Program-made: the position numbers and the translations under genes | NCBI GenBank assembly: GCA_050012475.1 | Contig: JBEKHC010000039.1 | Coordinates: 1-64,000, forward strand | DNA length: 64,000 bases | DNA from: Candidatus Velthaea sp. | GTDB taxonomy: Bacteria; Vulcanimicrobiota; Vulcanimicrobiia; Vulcanimicrobiales; Vulcanimicrobiaceae | Direction: 5' to 3' | Notes under the pieces: model-generated | The model's input: only the letters and a program-made list of their open reading frames with translations | Databases searched by the model: none | What the model was told of the DNA's origin: nothing | In this document: positions 1 to 10,400 of the stretch, piece by piece | Layout: every line of letters starts with the position of its first letter | Numbering within the stretch: position 1 is the first letter of the stretch

Positions 1-434
1 TTACGAATGCCTGATCCGCGACATAGCGATGCCGTTTCTAACGGTTGGCGAACCCGAGAAGCCCAAGGGACTTTCTTGAGGATCACGCTCCGCCTGGCCG
101 GATTGCGACGTTGGCAGATGTCGTCAGTATATGCCTCACTCCGACGAAGGTCCATTATACTTTGGTATCGGATCCGCGCCGGCACTGACGCGCGAGGCCG
201 GCGGCCTGCCGATGCGCGTCTGCTGATGTGGTCACGTTCGATACCATCGCACAATAGACTCACCTTCAGGCTCCTGGTGTAATAGGATGTGCAGCACGCT
301 TCAAGCGCGCTTCGCTCGGCCTCCGTTTGCCGCAATGGCGGCCGATATCCGGATCTACGTGCCATTCGCCCTCAGTCGTCCCGACGACGGAGCAATCTTT
401 CTGAAAAGCTGACAAAGAAGGGGTAATCACGCCG

Positions 435-1508
435 ATGATTGGGACTAGACGTGCTGCGTTCGCGCTGCTGGCCACCGCGGTCGCTGCGTTTGCTGCCGGG
501 GGAAAAACAGCTCAACGCGCGGACTCCAAACCGAGCGCGCCATCGGGCGTCAACGACCGCTTCACGGCGGAGAACAGCCCCTGGTTCAATTCGCCTCCTT
601 TGACCGCAGCGTTGCTGAACCGAAAGGTCGTGTTGGTGAACTTCTGGACCTACTCGTGTATCAATAGCTTACGAGCTCTCCCCTACACGAAGAGCTGGGC
701 CGCAAAATATCGAGACGCGGGCTTGGTCGTGATCGGTGTGCATACCCCAGAGTTTTCATTCGAAAAAGAGCCCGCAAACGTTGACCGGGCCGTGCACGAT
801 TTGAAGCTTGCTTATCCGGTCGTAATGGACAGCGACTATGCGATTTGGCGAGCGTTCGACAACGACTATTGGCCGGCATTTTACCTCGTTGATGGAAGCG
901 GGCGTGTTCGCTATCACTACTTCGGCGAAGGCGAATATGACAAGACCGAGCGCGAGATCCAGAAGCTTCTGAAAGAAAACGGAGCGACCGACCGGAGCGC
1001 GAGCACCAATAGCATCTCCGGCACCGGAGCCGAAGCGGCACCAAACTGGGCGAGTGAAGAATCCCCCGAAACCTATGTGGGATATCGCCACGGCACCGAC
1101 TCTTTCGCATCGCCTGAACGACTGACTCAAGACGTTCCAACGAGCTACAGCGCCCCTGGCAATCCGTCTCGGAATGAGTGGGGATTGAGCGGATCGTGGA
1201 ATGTGGGTGCCGAGAGCGCCGTACTTGGGTCCGCGCCCGGGAAGATCGTCTTCCGGTTTCATAGCCGGGACCTGCATTTGGTGCTTGGTCCGACGCAGAG
1301 CGGTCAGCCCGTTCGCTTCAAGGTGCAATTGGATGGCGCCACTCCGAACGACGATCACGGAACAGATGCAGCTCCGGACGGCACCGGCGAGGTGCGAGCG
1401 CCGCGTCTCTATCAGCTCATTCGGCAAAAGGGTCAGGTCAGAGACCGAACGTTTGAGATCGAATTCCTTGATCCCGACGTTCACGCGTACGTTTTCACAT
1501 TTGGTTAG
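435..1508 (+). CDS. Exported DipZ-like thioredoxin/redoxin protein (no N-terminal membrane domain)
   Basis: VVLVNFWTYSCINS, VIGVHTPEF, NDYWPAFYLVD, ESPETYVGY and C-terminal AYVFTFG resemble the DipZ soluble domains; N-terminal RR plus hydrophobic signal. Confidence 0.85.
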   Translation: MIGTRRAAFALLATAVAAFAAGGKTAQRADSKPSAPSGVNDRFTAENSPWFNSPPLTAALLNRKVVLVNFWTYSCINSLRALPYTKSWAAKYRDAGLVVIGVHTPEFSFEKEPANVDRAVHDLKLAYPVVMDSDYAIWRAFDNDYWPAFYLVDGSGRVRYHYFGEGEYDKTEREIQKLLKENGATDRSASTNSISGTGAEAAPNWASEESPETYVGYRHGTDSFASPERLTQDVPTSYSAPGNPSRNEWGLSGSWNVGAESAVLGSAPGKIVFRFHSRDLHLVLGPTQSGQPVRFKVQLDGATPNDDHGTDAAPDGTGEVRAPRLYQLIRQKGQVRDRTFEIEFLDPDVHAYVFTFG

Positions 1509-1664
1509 CTGCGCGCTTGGCCCGGCGCCGCCGGAAAAGTCGCGCCGCTCGGAGATGACATCGATTGCGCGCGAACGGCTGTGGAGTGTGGAGAACGCTC
1601 GGCGCTGTGCGACGTCGGATCGCGGCGATTGCCGGCGCGGCCGGCGGCGTTTGGGCAAGCTTGT

Positions 1665-3089
1665 TTACGGCTTGATGTTTTGATTCATTCGGAAGAGATT
1701 CGTTGGATCATACTTGCGCTTCAAATCCACCAGCCGCTGATAGCTCGCGCCATAGGCTGACGGCACACGGTTCGACTCCTCAGCGGTCATGAAGTTGACG
1801 TAGACGCCGCCGGTAGCGTACGGCGTCGCTGCATCGAAGACGGCACGGCACCAAGCCACGCCGGCTCCGTCTTCGGCCTCCGTTTCCCAGCGTCCGTGGA
1901 CGTTCATGATGAACTTCACGCTGCGATCCCGATATGCTGTGGCGTCGGACGCGACGCGGCTCGTCGCCCCTCCCATCTGGCCGATAAAGATCTCGCAGTG
2001 CGGACTGGGGAGCTTGCCGACTGCTTCGATGACGGCGTCGATCACGCCGTCCGCGAGTTCGGCGAAGTCGTGCGACTTCCAGTAGTTCCGTGCGCCCGCA
2101 CCGAGCAATGGGTCGAATGCACCTTGCCAACCGACGAACGGTTGCACGCCGATCACGTCGACGATTGGTTTCCCGATCGCTCGCAGCGGCATCAGCGCCG
2201 CCTCACCGCTTGCGATATCGCCTGCACAGCACGCAGCAAAAACCAGCACTTCCTTGCCATGCCATTCTTCGGCAAGGAACGGCAAGGGCGGCGCCTTGCG
2301 CATCACGACCCACACCGTGACCTCATCCGGCGCAGTCGCGCAAAACTCACGATAGTGGCGAAGCAATTCAGGCGCATCCGCCATCGGATGAATGATCAAG
2401 CCGGCGAGGACCTCAGGACCAACCGGATGCAGCCGGTACTTGAACTCGGACACGACCCCGAAGTTTCCGCCGCCGCCACGAATGCCCCAAAACAGGTCGG
2501 CATTTTCGTCAGCTGAAGCGTTCAGGATCTGCCCTTCGGCCGTGACGACCTGAGCAGAAAGCAGATTATCGATGGTCAAGCCGTACTTGCGGCTGATCCA
2601 TCCGAACCCACCGCCTAGGGTCAAACCCGCGAGTCCGGTCGTCGCGTTGATTCCGGTCGGCGTCGCGAGGCCATGTTCCTGACACGCCTTATCGAACTCT
2701 CCGAGCGTTAGACCGGGCTCGACCGTCGCGATGCGGCCCTGCGGGTCGATGTCGATACGCTTCATCCGTGAGAGGTCGATGACGAGACCTCCGTCGCACA
2801 CCGCATTCCCGGCAATGTTATGCCCTCCACCACGAACCGAGGTGAGCAAGCCGCGCGACCTCGCAAGCTGCACGGCTGCGCGGATGTCGTCACTCGTCAC
2901 GCACCGCGCGATGACTTCCGGCCGCCGATCGATCATTGCGTTCCAAACGGCGCGGGCCGCGTCGTAATCGGGCGAGCTCGCGGTAATCACCTCGCCGCCG
3001 ACGAGACTCTTGATAACGGCCACGTCGAGCTGAGTACGGCTGCCGTCGGACGCAGTAAACGTAAGTTGAGACACAACCTTGCCCTCCAA
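1665..3089 (-). CDS. FAD-binding oxidoreductase, berberine-bridge-enzyme family
   Basis: RGGGHN FAD motif, LFWGIRGGGGNFGVV, C-terminal YVNF...KRKYDPTNLFRMNQNI. Confidence 0.9.
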   Translation of the reverse strand: MEGKVVSQLTFTASDGSRTQLDVAVIKSLVGGEVITASSPDYDAARAVWNAMIDRRPEVIARCVTSDDIRAAVQLARSRGLLTSVRGGGHNIAGNAVCDGGLVIDLSRMKRIDIDPQGRIATVEPGLTLGEFDKACQEHGLATPTGINATTGLAGLTLGGGFGWISRKYGLTIDNLLSAQVVTAEGQILNASADENADLFWGIRGGGGNFGVVSEFKYRLHPVGPEVLAGLIIHPMADAPELLRHYREFCATAPDEVTVWVVMRKAPPLPFLAEEWHGKEVLVFAACCAGDIASGEAALMPLRAIGKPIVDVIGVQPFVGWQGAFDPLLGAGARNYWKSHDFAELADGVIDAVIEAVGKLPSPHCEIFIGQMGGATSRVASDATAYRDRSVKFIMNVHGRWETEAEDGAGVAWCRAVFDAATPYATGGVYVNFMTAEESNRVPSAYGASYQRLVDLKRKYDPTNLFRMNQNIKP

Positions 3090-3736
3090 TCAGCTGAGCT
3101 AACGATCCCGAGAATCGACTAGACGCCGTCAAATCGCCGGCTTGACCCATCGTTGGACAACCGCCGCGAACGTGACGACTATGAGATCAAGGCCAATCGT
3201 GTTCCGCCGTACGAACGCAACATAATTGATTCAAGTCCGCGTTGCGAACGTCGCTCCCGAGTTGCGCTTCGAAGTACATCGGCAGTCGCCCCGACGCTCA
3301 GCCGAAGCGCTCGATTGCAACGTTTTCGGCCGCAGCATTTGGTGCGCCCGACCAACGGCATCGCCACGCTGGCGACATAAATGGCGTCGCCGGCGAACGA
3401 TGCATCACGACGCCGGAGCAATGTTGCATTGGACACGCAGAACCTCGACAAATCTGCTACGTCACAGCAGCCAGGGGAGAAGCGTGGCCTGAGCTCTCAA
3501 ATTGTACTGCGGCCGTTTTGCTCCGGCAACGGAATAGAGGCCGTTCGCTTGCTTCAGTCGGCATTTGGCGCCGCTGGAATGTATTCCGCCGCGTTAGGCC
3601 GCGCGTCGTCTCTCGAGCCTGCGAAGGAAACAGTGTTGCCCACGACTTCGCCCACGCCGCGATCGAATGGTGGAATTGCCCGGGTTGGCTCCGTTGCACG
3701 CTTCCGTGCAGCGCGGCCTGTGCGGCAAGTGATGCG

Positions 3737-4102
3737 TTACGCCCTTTGCAGGCCCTCCGATTTCTGCCGTCGGGGAAGCAGGCGATAGAATTCCACTCGT
3801 TCGAGTGTCATCGTACCCTCACCGACCATCTCGTCGATCCGCGGAATCACCTGAGCAATCTTTTCTTCCGTGTCGACGACTTCGATGAGGATCGGGAGAT
3901 CGCCGCGAAACTGGAAGATCTTTGCCACGTGAACCTCATGCATCGATCCGCCAAAGCCCTCGATGCCCCGGAACACTGACGCGCCGGCGACTCCTTCGTG
4001 CCGTAACACCTGTACGATCGCGGTGTAAAGCGGGCGGCCGTGCCACGTATCGCTCTCGCCGACAAAGATACGCAAGAGTTGCCCTACCGTAAATGCACCC
4101 AT
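3737..4102 (-). CDS. DUF190 (PII-like) protein
   Basis: LLRIFVGESDTWHGRPLY...GVAGASVFRGIEGFG...DLPILIEVVD; GGAG upstream of ATG 4102. Confidence 0.85.
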   Translation of the reverse strand: MGAFTVGQLLRIFVGESDTWHGRPLYTAIVQVLRHEGVAGASVFRGIEGFGGSMHEVHVAKIFQFRGDLPILIEVVDTEEKIAQVIPRIDEMVGEGTMTLERVEFYRLLPRRQKSEGLQRA

Positions 4103-4593
4103 GCCGTTACTCCACTGAATCGAAAGCAATCGCGGCCGGAGGATCCCGCGTTCTCTGGAATATTAGTTGGTATTTCGGATTCTTTTCTGCTTCGGTAGGC
4201 GCCGGTTTCGCAAGCATAATCGGCGTACCATCGCGGGCTAATGCCAGTATACCCCCGCGAAAGCAAAGCGTACACCTGCCCTCGCAAGTCGGTGATCTTC
4301 GCTCTTCGGGAACGAAGAGTCGCTGGAGAGCGATCTAGGGGTCACCGGAGATAGGGCGAAATCAGGAACTCGCGGACCGTAAGGAACTCGATGGATGTTG
4401 CGATGTTGCGGACCGGCTCAGGCCGATACAACGTCGGAAACAGCGACTGCGCTCGTGTGCGCGCCGGTCGGTGTCCCGCATAGGCACGGTGCGCGCTGCG
4501 CCCCTCGACTGTTCCTGAGGCGTACTGTCGAGTATCGTTTTCAACAAGCCGATTCGCCGGCAACACCCACGGAGTCCGGAGCGGGACGAACGA

Positions 4594-4938
4594 ATGAAAA
4601 TCGAGCATAACGGGACGCTCATGCGAATCTACGTCGCACAGAGTCAGCACCGTAACCATGCGGATGTCCACCGGTTGATCATCGAAGCACTGGCTCAGGC
4701 GAAGATATCCGGTGCCGTTGCTTTTCTCGGCATCCAGGGCTACGGTAGACATAACTATATCTCCAGTGCGAATACGGTTGATGCCTTCGTAGATTTACCG
4801 ATCCTCATCGAGGCTGTCGACGATGACGACAAGATTCGAGCATTCATACCGAAGCTCGAATCAATCCTCGAGGACGGACTGGTGACGCTCGAGCGACTGC
4901 AAACGATCTTCTATCGTGTTGGCGACGTCGCCGACTGA
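4594..4938 (+). CDS. DUF190 (PII-like) protein, second copy
   Basis: LMRIYV...ISGAVAFLGIQGYG...DLPILIEAVD...GLVTLE. Confidence 0.85.
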   Translation: MKIEHNGTLMRIYVAQSQHRNHADVHRLIIEALAQAKISGAVAFLGIQGYGRHNYISSANTVDAFVDLPILIEAVDDDDKIRAFIPKLESILEDGLVTLERLQTIFYRVGDVAD

Positions 4939-5016
4939 ATGCAGCGATCTTGCGCCCGCTGCCCGAGCTATGATGGCGGAGGTGATTTAGCGACGATAGA
5001 TAAACGTTGCGTTCAA

Positions 5017-5080
5017 CGGGGATGGGGCCCACCCGAAACCGCCCAGTTTGGGCTGATGGCTCCTGCGTAATAGCGGGAGC
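5017..5080 (+). ncRNA. Fluoride riboswitch (crcB motif) with expression-platform hairpin
   Basis: GGGGATGGGGCCCACCC-GA-AACCGCCCAGTTTGGGCTGATGGCTCCTGC fits the GGNGATGG..CRCC..AACCGC..GCTGATGRCNCCT consensus; GCTCCTGC/GCGGGAGC hairpin covers GGGAG; next to DUF190 genes. Confidence 0.85.
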
Positions 5081-5089
5081 ATGGCCAAT

Positions 5090-5185
5090 ATGCAGGCGCA
5101 CCGGACGCAGGAACAGCAGGGCGGCAGGGGTCGTTCACGCGGCGTCTTGCGGGACGAGCAGATTCCTGATTTGGCCGCCGCATGA
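5090..5185 (+). CDS. Putative 31-aa leader ORF coupled to hyfC-like gene
   Basis: MQAHRTQEQQGGRGRSRGVLRDEQIPDLAAA*; GGGAG 10 nt upstream; stop overlaps next start (ATGA 5182-5185). Confidence 0.4.
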   Translation: MQAHRTQEQQGGRGRSRGVLRDEQIPDLAAA

Positions 5186-6135
5186 GGCTCTCGCCGTTCG
5201 CCATCCAGACCGCCCAAATCTTCACCGTCGTTTTCGTGTCACCATTGTTGACGGGTCTCATCGCTCGGGCGGAGGCGGTCGTCGCCGGTAAACGCGGGCC
5301 GTCCATTTTTCAGCCCTACCGCGACATCGTCAAATATCTTCACAAGCAACGCGTGAAGCCCAGCCCGTCGTCGTCGATCTTTTCTATTGCGCCTTACGTC
5401 GCGTGCGGGTGCTACGTCACGGTCGCGACGCTCATTCCGGTCTTGACGACCTTTCCGCTGCCCGGCGCAACCTACGGCGATATTCTGGGAGGAGCGTTCG
5501 TGCTCGCGCTCGCCGGGTTTGCAACCGCCGTTGCCGGCCTCGATTCAGGATCGCAGTACACGAACATCGGCGCGAGTCGGGCGACGATGGTTGGAGTCTT
5601 CGTCGAGCCAACGCTTATATTCGTTTTTTTCTCGGTTGCCTATATTACCGGAACCGATCTTCCTTACGCGATGAACGCGGCGCTGAGAAGTTCTGCCGTT
5701 GACGTACTGCGTCCGGTCCATGTACTTGGTTTGGCTGCATTCTTCATGATGCTGCTGGTCGACACGGGCCGGATCCCGATTGAAAGCAGCTCGGCAACCA
5801 TCGAATTCGGAATGATCGACGATGCGCGGTTATTCGAGCATAGCGGACCCGAGATGGGCTTGTTCAAATGGGGCTCGTCGATGAAGCAGTTCTTGCTGTA
5901 CACGATCTTTGTCAACGTGCTGTTTCTGCCCATGGGCCTCTCCTCCGACGGCGAGCTCGCCTCGGTCATTCTCGCGATTGTGCTTTTGTTCTTGAAAATG
6001 CTGATCGTCGCAGCGGTTGTCGTCACCATCGAGGTAACGTATGCGAAGTTACGTCTTTACAAGATCACCGAGTTCATAGCGACCGGCTTGCTCGTAGCGA
6101 TACTGGCGACGTTTGTCTACGTTATCGGAGTGTGA
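5182..6135 (+). CDS. hyfC: Hyf/Ehr complex membrane subunit (HyfC/HycD, NuoH-like)
   Basis: GKRGPSIFQPYRDIVK, GRIPI, EHSGP, AKLRL; multi-TM. Confidence 0.85.
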   Translation: MRLSPFAIQTAQIFTVVFVSPLLTGLIARAEAVVAGKRGPSIFQPYRDIVKYLHKQRVKPSPSSSIFSIAPYVACGCYVTVATLIPVLTTFPLPGATYGDILGGAFVLALAGFATAVAGLDSGSQYTNIGASRATMVGVFVEPTLIFVFFSVAYITGTDLPYAMNAALRSSAVDVLRPVHVLGLAAFFMMLLVDTGRIPIESSSATIEFGMIDDARLFEHSGPEMGLFKWGSSMKQFLLYTIFVNVLFLPMGLSSDGELASVILAIVLLFLKMLIVAAVVVTIEVTYAKLRLYKITEFIATGLLVAILATFVYVIGV

Positions 6136-6141
6136 CGCCGT

Positions 6142-6807
6142 ATGCACCACTTAACCGTGCCCGAAGCCATCGCTGGAACGATCTCAGCAGCGCTCCTGCT
6201 CGTACAGCTTGCGCTGTTGCGCTCGCTCGTGCTCGCCGAACTGATCGGCCTTTACTCCGTCCAATCGCTTTTTGTCGCGTTCATCTCGTTCGCTGTCGGA
6301 ATCACCGAACGAGACGGGGCGTTGATCGTATTGGCGGTCCTCACCCTCGTCGCCAAAGCGATCGTCCTGCCCTTCTACATGCGCCGGCTCAGTCGAGACA
6401 TATCAACGCGGGTGGAGATTCCCGAGAGCATCAATGTCACGCTTTCGCTGATCATCGCGGCCGCCATCATGGGGACGGCGATCCTGACAGCGGGCGCGCT
6501 GCCGCTCAAGACCGGCGAGTTCTTGCCTCAGGCCGATCTCGCGACGACGCTTGCCATTGTTTTCGTCGGCTTTCTCGTTGCGATTCTACGCCCTAATGCA
6601 CTCGCGCAAGTAATCGCGTTTCTGACCATTGAAAACGGGCTGTACTTCGGGACGGTCACGCTCGCTCCGGGCTTGCCGTTCGTGGTCGGCATCTTGCTGC
6701 TCATCGACGTTCTGATCGCCGTGGTGGTGTTTGCCGTGCTCGTTCGCGTTCTGGTCTCTCAGGAAGCCTCAGCTTCGGTTGACGTGCTGCAGCAGCTCAA
6801 GGGATGA
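6142..6807 (+). CDS. hyfE: Hyf/Ehr complex subunit E (HyfE-like)
   Basis: Multi-TM, QVIAFLTIENG motif, operon position. Confidence 0.8.
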   Translation: MHHLTVPEAIAGTISAALLLVQLALLRSLVLAELIGLYSVQSLFVAFISFAVGITERDGALIVLAVLTLVAKAIVLPFYMRRLSRDISTRVEIPESINVTLSLIIAAAIMGTAILTAGALPLKTGEFLPQADLATTLAIVFVGFLVAILRPNALAQVIAFLTIENGLYFGTVTLAPGLPFVVGILLLIDVLIAVVVFAVLVRVLVSQEASASVDVLQQLKG

Positions 6808-8249
6808 ACGTCATCGACGGCTTCATCGTCGGACTCCCCGCAGCGGCGGCGATCGCCTCGCTCGTCCTTCCCTCGCGGCTCTCTCGCTCCGTGACCGCGT
6901 GCGCAGGTCTGGCAACTGCCGCGTGCATCGTCGTTGCCGTTCTTCAGACCAGCGGGCATCGCGGGGAGCACGACGCGCTCAGCGCGGTATTTCTGCTCCC
7001 CGTTGCCATCGTCTACGGTGCGGTCGGACTCTACGCGCACTGGTACGTCGCCGAAGAAAGCCCCGACGGCGGCCCGGGCGAAGCGTTTCGGCGCGAGTTT
7101 CTCGCCCTGACGAACGCGTTTGCTTTCGTCGAAGTCATCGTTCCGCTCGTGACGAACATCCCGGGCATGTGGGTCGCCTTGGAGGCGACGACGATCGTCG
7201 CGGCGCTCCTCGTGCGGCTGCAGGGCACGCCGGCTGCGCTCGAAGCAGCCTGGAAGTATATTCTGATCGCATCTTGCGGCCTAGCGCTCGGACTCGTCGC
7301 CGTGATCATCCTCTACGCGGCGGGGGCGCGGGCACTCGGAACGCACTATGCACCGGAGTGGAGCTCTTACGTCCATTTCGCTCGCCAACTCGATCCCGAC
7401 GGAGTTCGCTTAGCGTTCATCTTCGCACTCATCGGCTTCGGAACGAAAATGGGACTGGCTCCGATGCATACCTGGCTGCCCGATGCGCATGGCGCCGGCC
7501 CAACGCCGACGAGCGCGATGCTGTCGGGGGTCGTTCTCTCCGATGCTGCGTATGTGATTCTCCGCTTCGCCGCCATCGCCAATGCCGCACTGGGCTCGAC
7601 CGTCGTTAGCCGCATGTTCATCGGCGTCGGCTTGCTCTCGCTGTTCGTTGCGGCATTTTTCTTGCTGCAGCAGCGCGATATCAAACGCATGCTGGCGTAT
7701 TCGAGCATCGAACATATGGGCATCGCTGCGATTGGGTTTGGATTTGGTGCTCCGCTGGCCGTTGCCGGGGCACTGCTGCACGTCGTCAATCACTCGGCGT
7801 CTAAATCCGTTGCCTTCTTCGCAGCAGGACGAATGGCGGCGCGCTACCAGACGCGCGAAATTGCCGGCATTGCCGGGAGCGTCGACACGCTTCCGATTTC
7901 CGGAACGCTGTTCGCCGCGGCCGCCTTGTCATTGGCCGGCTTACCGCCGTTCGGAATATTTCGCAGTGAACTCATGATTCTCACGGCGGGGTTCGGCTCG
8001 CCGTTCTGGATCGTCGCGGCGTTTGTCCTGGCGTTGTTGCTGGTTGCCTTCGCGGGCATAACCCGCTGGGTAACGGCGACGACGGTCGGCGACGCCCCCG
8101 CCACGGTCGAGCGCGGCGAGCATGCCCTGCTGCCCATCGTCGGAATGGGGCTGGGTTTTTGCGTGATCCTGGGCCTGGGTATCGGCGTTCCGCTGGTGCT
8201 GCAAACGCTTCTTGCCGACGCTTCGGCCCTGATCGGGACAACCTCATGA
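6804..8249 (+). CDS. hyfF: Proton-conducting antiporter-like subunit (HyfF-like)
   Basis: WVALEATT, EAAWKY, GFGTKMGLAPMHTWLPDAH, KRMLAYSSIEHMG. Confidence 0.85.
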   Translation: MNVIDGFIVGLPAAAAIASLVLPSRLSRSVTACAGLATAACIVVAVLQTSGHRGEHDALSAVFLLPVAIVYGAVGLYAHWYVAEESPDGGPGEAFRREFLALTNAFAFVEVIVPLVTNIPGMWVALEATTIVAALLVRLQGTPAALEAAWKYILIASCGLALGLVAVIILYAAGARALGTHYAPEWSSYVHFARQLDPDGVRLAFIFALIGFGTKMGLAPMHTWLPDAHGAGPTPTSAMLSGVVLSDAAYVILRFAAIANAALGSTVVSRMFIGVGLLSLFVAAFFLLQQRDIKRMLAYSSIEHMGIAAIGFGFGAPLAVAGALLHVVNHSASKSVAFFAAGRMAARYQTREIAGIAGSVDTLPISGTLFAAAALSLAGLPPFGIFRSELMILTAGFGSPFWIVAAFVLALLLVAFAGITRWVTATTVGDAPATVERGEHALLPIVGMGLGFCVILGLGIGVPLVLQTLLADASALIGTTS

Positions 8250-9646
8250 TCGAGGCACGGCGAACTCCGGCGCGCGCGGCGGTCGAGAGCGTTCGGGCGG
8301 CGATCGCCGCCGGCGCGCGATTCGTCGCCGCGTTCTATGACGAAGAGGGCGGCGTACGCCAGATTCGCTACGTTCTCGCCGGAAAAACGGGACTCAGTCA
8401 GACGATCGGCGTCGTTTCTGATGATCCCGTGCCGGCGTTGGCGGCCGATATCCCCGCTGCCGATTGGGCGGAACGAGAGATTCGCGATCGATTCGGCGTG
8501 GAGTTCGTCGGCATTCCCGAAGGCCGGAGACTCCTGCCGCCCGGCGATCCCGGTTCGTACCGGCGCAGCGTGGCCTCCGAAGTGTCGACGGTGCTTTATG
8601 GACCGGTACGGTCAGGAATCGTCGAGTCCGCGCGCTGGGTCATCGAAACGGCCGGGGAAGATTTCATCGCGGTCTACCCGTCGATGTTTTTCAAGCATCG
8701 CGGACTGGAGCATCTTTTCACTACCGTCGATCTCCAGCGTGCCACGTATGTCGCCGAGCACGTCTCGGGCGCAACTGCCGCAAGCCACGCGATCTGCTTT
8801 GCGCTTGCCGTCGAGCGCGCGCTGGGCATCCACCTTGCCGCGGCCGATCGGGCTGCGCGTCTCGTGCTCATCGAGTTCGAGCGGATTCACCAGCACCTCG
8901 ACGCGCTGGCAAAGTTGGCCGACGATGGCTCGCTGGCCGTCGGAGCGGCCCAAACCTTCGCGGCCAAAGAGCGCGTCCATCGACTGCTTGGCGAGGCGAC
9001 CGGAAATCGGTTCGCACGCGGCGCGATTCGGATCGGCGGTGTCTACGGTGATCTGCTGACAGCGCTGCGTGACGTTTGCGGCCGGCATCTCGATGAAGTG
9101 GAACACGAAGCGACGAGTGTCCTGGACGGGCTGTTCGGAACGCAGTCACTGCTCGACCGCCTCATCGGCACGGGTAAATTATCGCGAGAACTCGCGATGC
9201 AGTTTGGCTCGGTCGGGCCGGTAGCACGCGGCAGCGGCGCCTCGACCGATGTGCGCATGACTGCTGACGTGCTTTTTTCGATCGGAGAAGGCGATGAGGC
9301 GCTCGAAGAAGACGGCGATGCGTTCGCGCGAGCGCGCATTCGCGCAAGCGAGATTCGGCGTTCGTTCTTCATCGTGCGGGACGCGCTGGGCGCCGATGTC
9401 TCGACCGCCGCGCCGTCGTATGCCGCGCAGCAAAATGGAAGCGGACTCGCGCGCGTCGAGTCGCCGCAAGGCGAACTGGTCTATTTCGTTCGCGTCGTTG
9501 ACGGTCGTCTCGCTCGCGTAGCCATCCGGTCGGCTTCGTTCGCGAATTGGCCGCTTTTCGTTCACACGCTCCCGGGCAATATCTTTACGGACTTCTCCTT
9601 CATCGAGCATTCGTTCGGATTGATTCAAGCGGAGACCGATCGATGA
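8246..9646 (+). CDS. HyfG/HycE-like (NuoCD-like) large subunit without NiFe cysteines (Ehr type)
   Basis: WAEREIRDRFG, GPVRSGIVES, HRGLE, GPVARGSG, VESPQGE, SFANW; no CxxC pair at either end; start ATG 8246 overlaps hyfF stop. Confidence 0.85.
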   Translation: MIEARRTPARAAVESVRAAIAAGARFVAAFYDEEGGVRQIRYVLAGKTGLSQTIGVVSDDPVPALAADIPAADWAEREIRDRFGVEFVGIPEGRRLLPPGDPGSYRRSVASEVSTVLYGPVRSGIVESARWVIETAGEDFIAVYPSMFFKHRGLEHLFTTVDLQRATYVAEHVSGATAASHAICFALAVERALGIHLAAADRAARLVLIEFERIHQHLDALAKLADDGSLAVGAAQTFAAKERVHRLLGEATGNRFARGAIRIGGVYGDLLTALRDVCGRHLDEVEHEATSVLDGLFGTQSLLDRLIGTGKLSRELAMQFGSVGPVARGSGASTDVRMTADVLFSIGEGDEALEEDGDAFARARIRASEIRRSFFIVRDALGADVSTAAPSYAAQQNGSGLARVESPQGELVYFVRVVDGRLARVAIRSASFANWPLFVHTLPGNIFTDFSFIEHSFGLIQAETDR

Positions 9647-10398
9647 GCAACTGGCTTGGGCGCGGCCTGCGGCGTGGCGTCTTGACGACCCGCTACCCGT
9701 TTGACGAAGCCGAGATGCCCGAGCGCTATCGCGGTCGCGTCCGCCTCGTCGAAGGAGCGCCGGCGCAAGCGGTTCTGCGCGCGGGAAGCGTCTGTCTTTC
9801 GAACGCGATCGAGCTGCAAAACGAGTCCGGGCACGTCCGCATGTCGCGCTGCTTCCAATGCGGCGCCTGTGAGCGCGAGGCGCCCGAGGCCGTGCACCTC
9901 TCGAATGATTTCGAGGTCGCCATCTCGGACGGTGAAGCGGATGAAGCGCGCCATCGCCTTCGCGCACGGATGCGGCCGCTGGGCCGGTCGTTCATGGTGC
10001 GGCACGTCGACGCGGGCAGCGATGCGTCGTGCGAGCAAGAAATTCAAGCGCTGTTCAATCCGTTTTACGATATCAATCGTCTGGGGTTCTTCTTGACGGC
10101 CACACCGCGTCACGCCGACATCCTGCTCGTGACCGGAGTCGTCACGACGGCCATGGCCGGTCCCCTGCGCGAAACATACGACGCCATGCCCGATCCGCGG
10201 GTTGTCGTCGCCATTGGAACGGCCGCCTGTTCCGGCAGTATTTTCGTGACCGGCGAAGAGGTGATCGGCCCGGTCCACGAGGTGCTGCCCGTTGACGTCC
10301 GGATTCCGGGTGCGCCGCCGTCGCCGTTATCGATCATCAACGGCTTGTGGGTCGCTGTGGGCCGCGCAACGGCTCATCTCGCGGCACCGAGGCGCTGA
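9643..10398 (+). CDS. Fused ferredoxin-like (HyfH/NuoI) and NuoB/HyfI-like small subunit
   Basis: TTRYP, CFQCGAC, then VDAGSDASCEQE, PRHADILLVTG, GTAACSG, IPGAPP. Confidence 0.85.
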   Translation: MSNWLGRGLRRGVLTTRYPFDEAEMPERYRGRVRLVEGAPAQAVLRAGSVCLSNAIELQNESGHVRMSRCFQCGACEREAPEAVHLSNDFEVAISDGEADEARHRLRARMRPLGRSFMVRHVDAGSDASCEQEIQALFNPFYDINRLGFFLTATPRHADILLVTGVVTTAMAGPLRETYDAMPDPRVVVAIGTAACSGSIFVTGEEVIGPVHEVLPVDVRIPGAPPSPLSIINGLWVAVGRATAHLAAPRR

Positions 10399-10400
10399 TC

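Noticed and set aside
3150..3730. Overlapping ORFs between the BBE oxidase and DUF190
   Set aside because: No motifs or convincing RBS; typical spurious GC-rich ORFs
4190..4240. Possible second fluoride riboswitch on the minus strand (GCGATGGTACGCC...GGCGCCTAC) before the first DUF190 gene
   Set aside because: Lacks the AACCGC and GCTGATG core; too degenerate without a covariance search
8246..9646. Group 4 NiFe hydrogenase large subunit
   Set aside because: Both nickel-binding CxxC motifs are absent and no maturation genes are in the window
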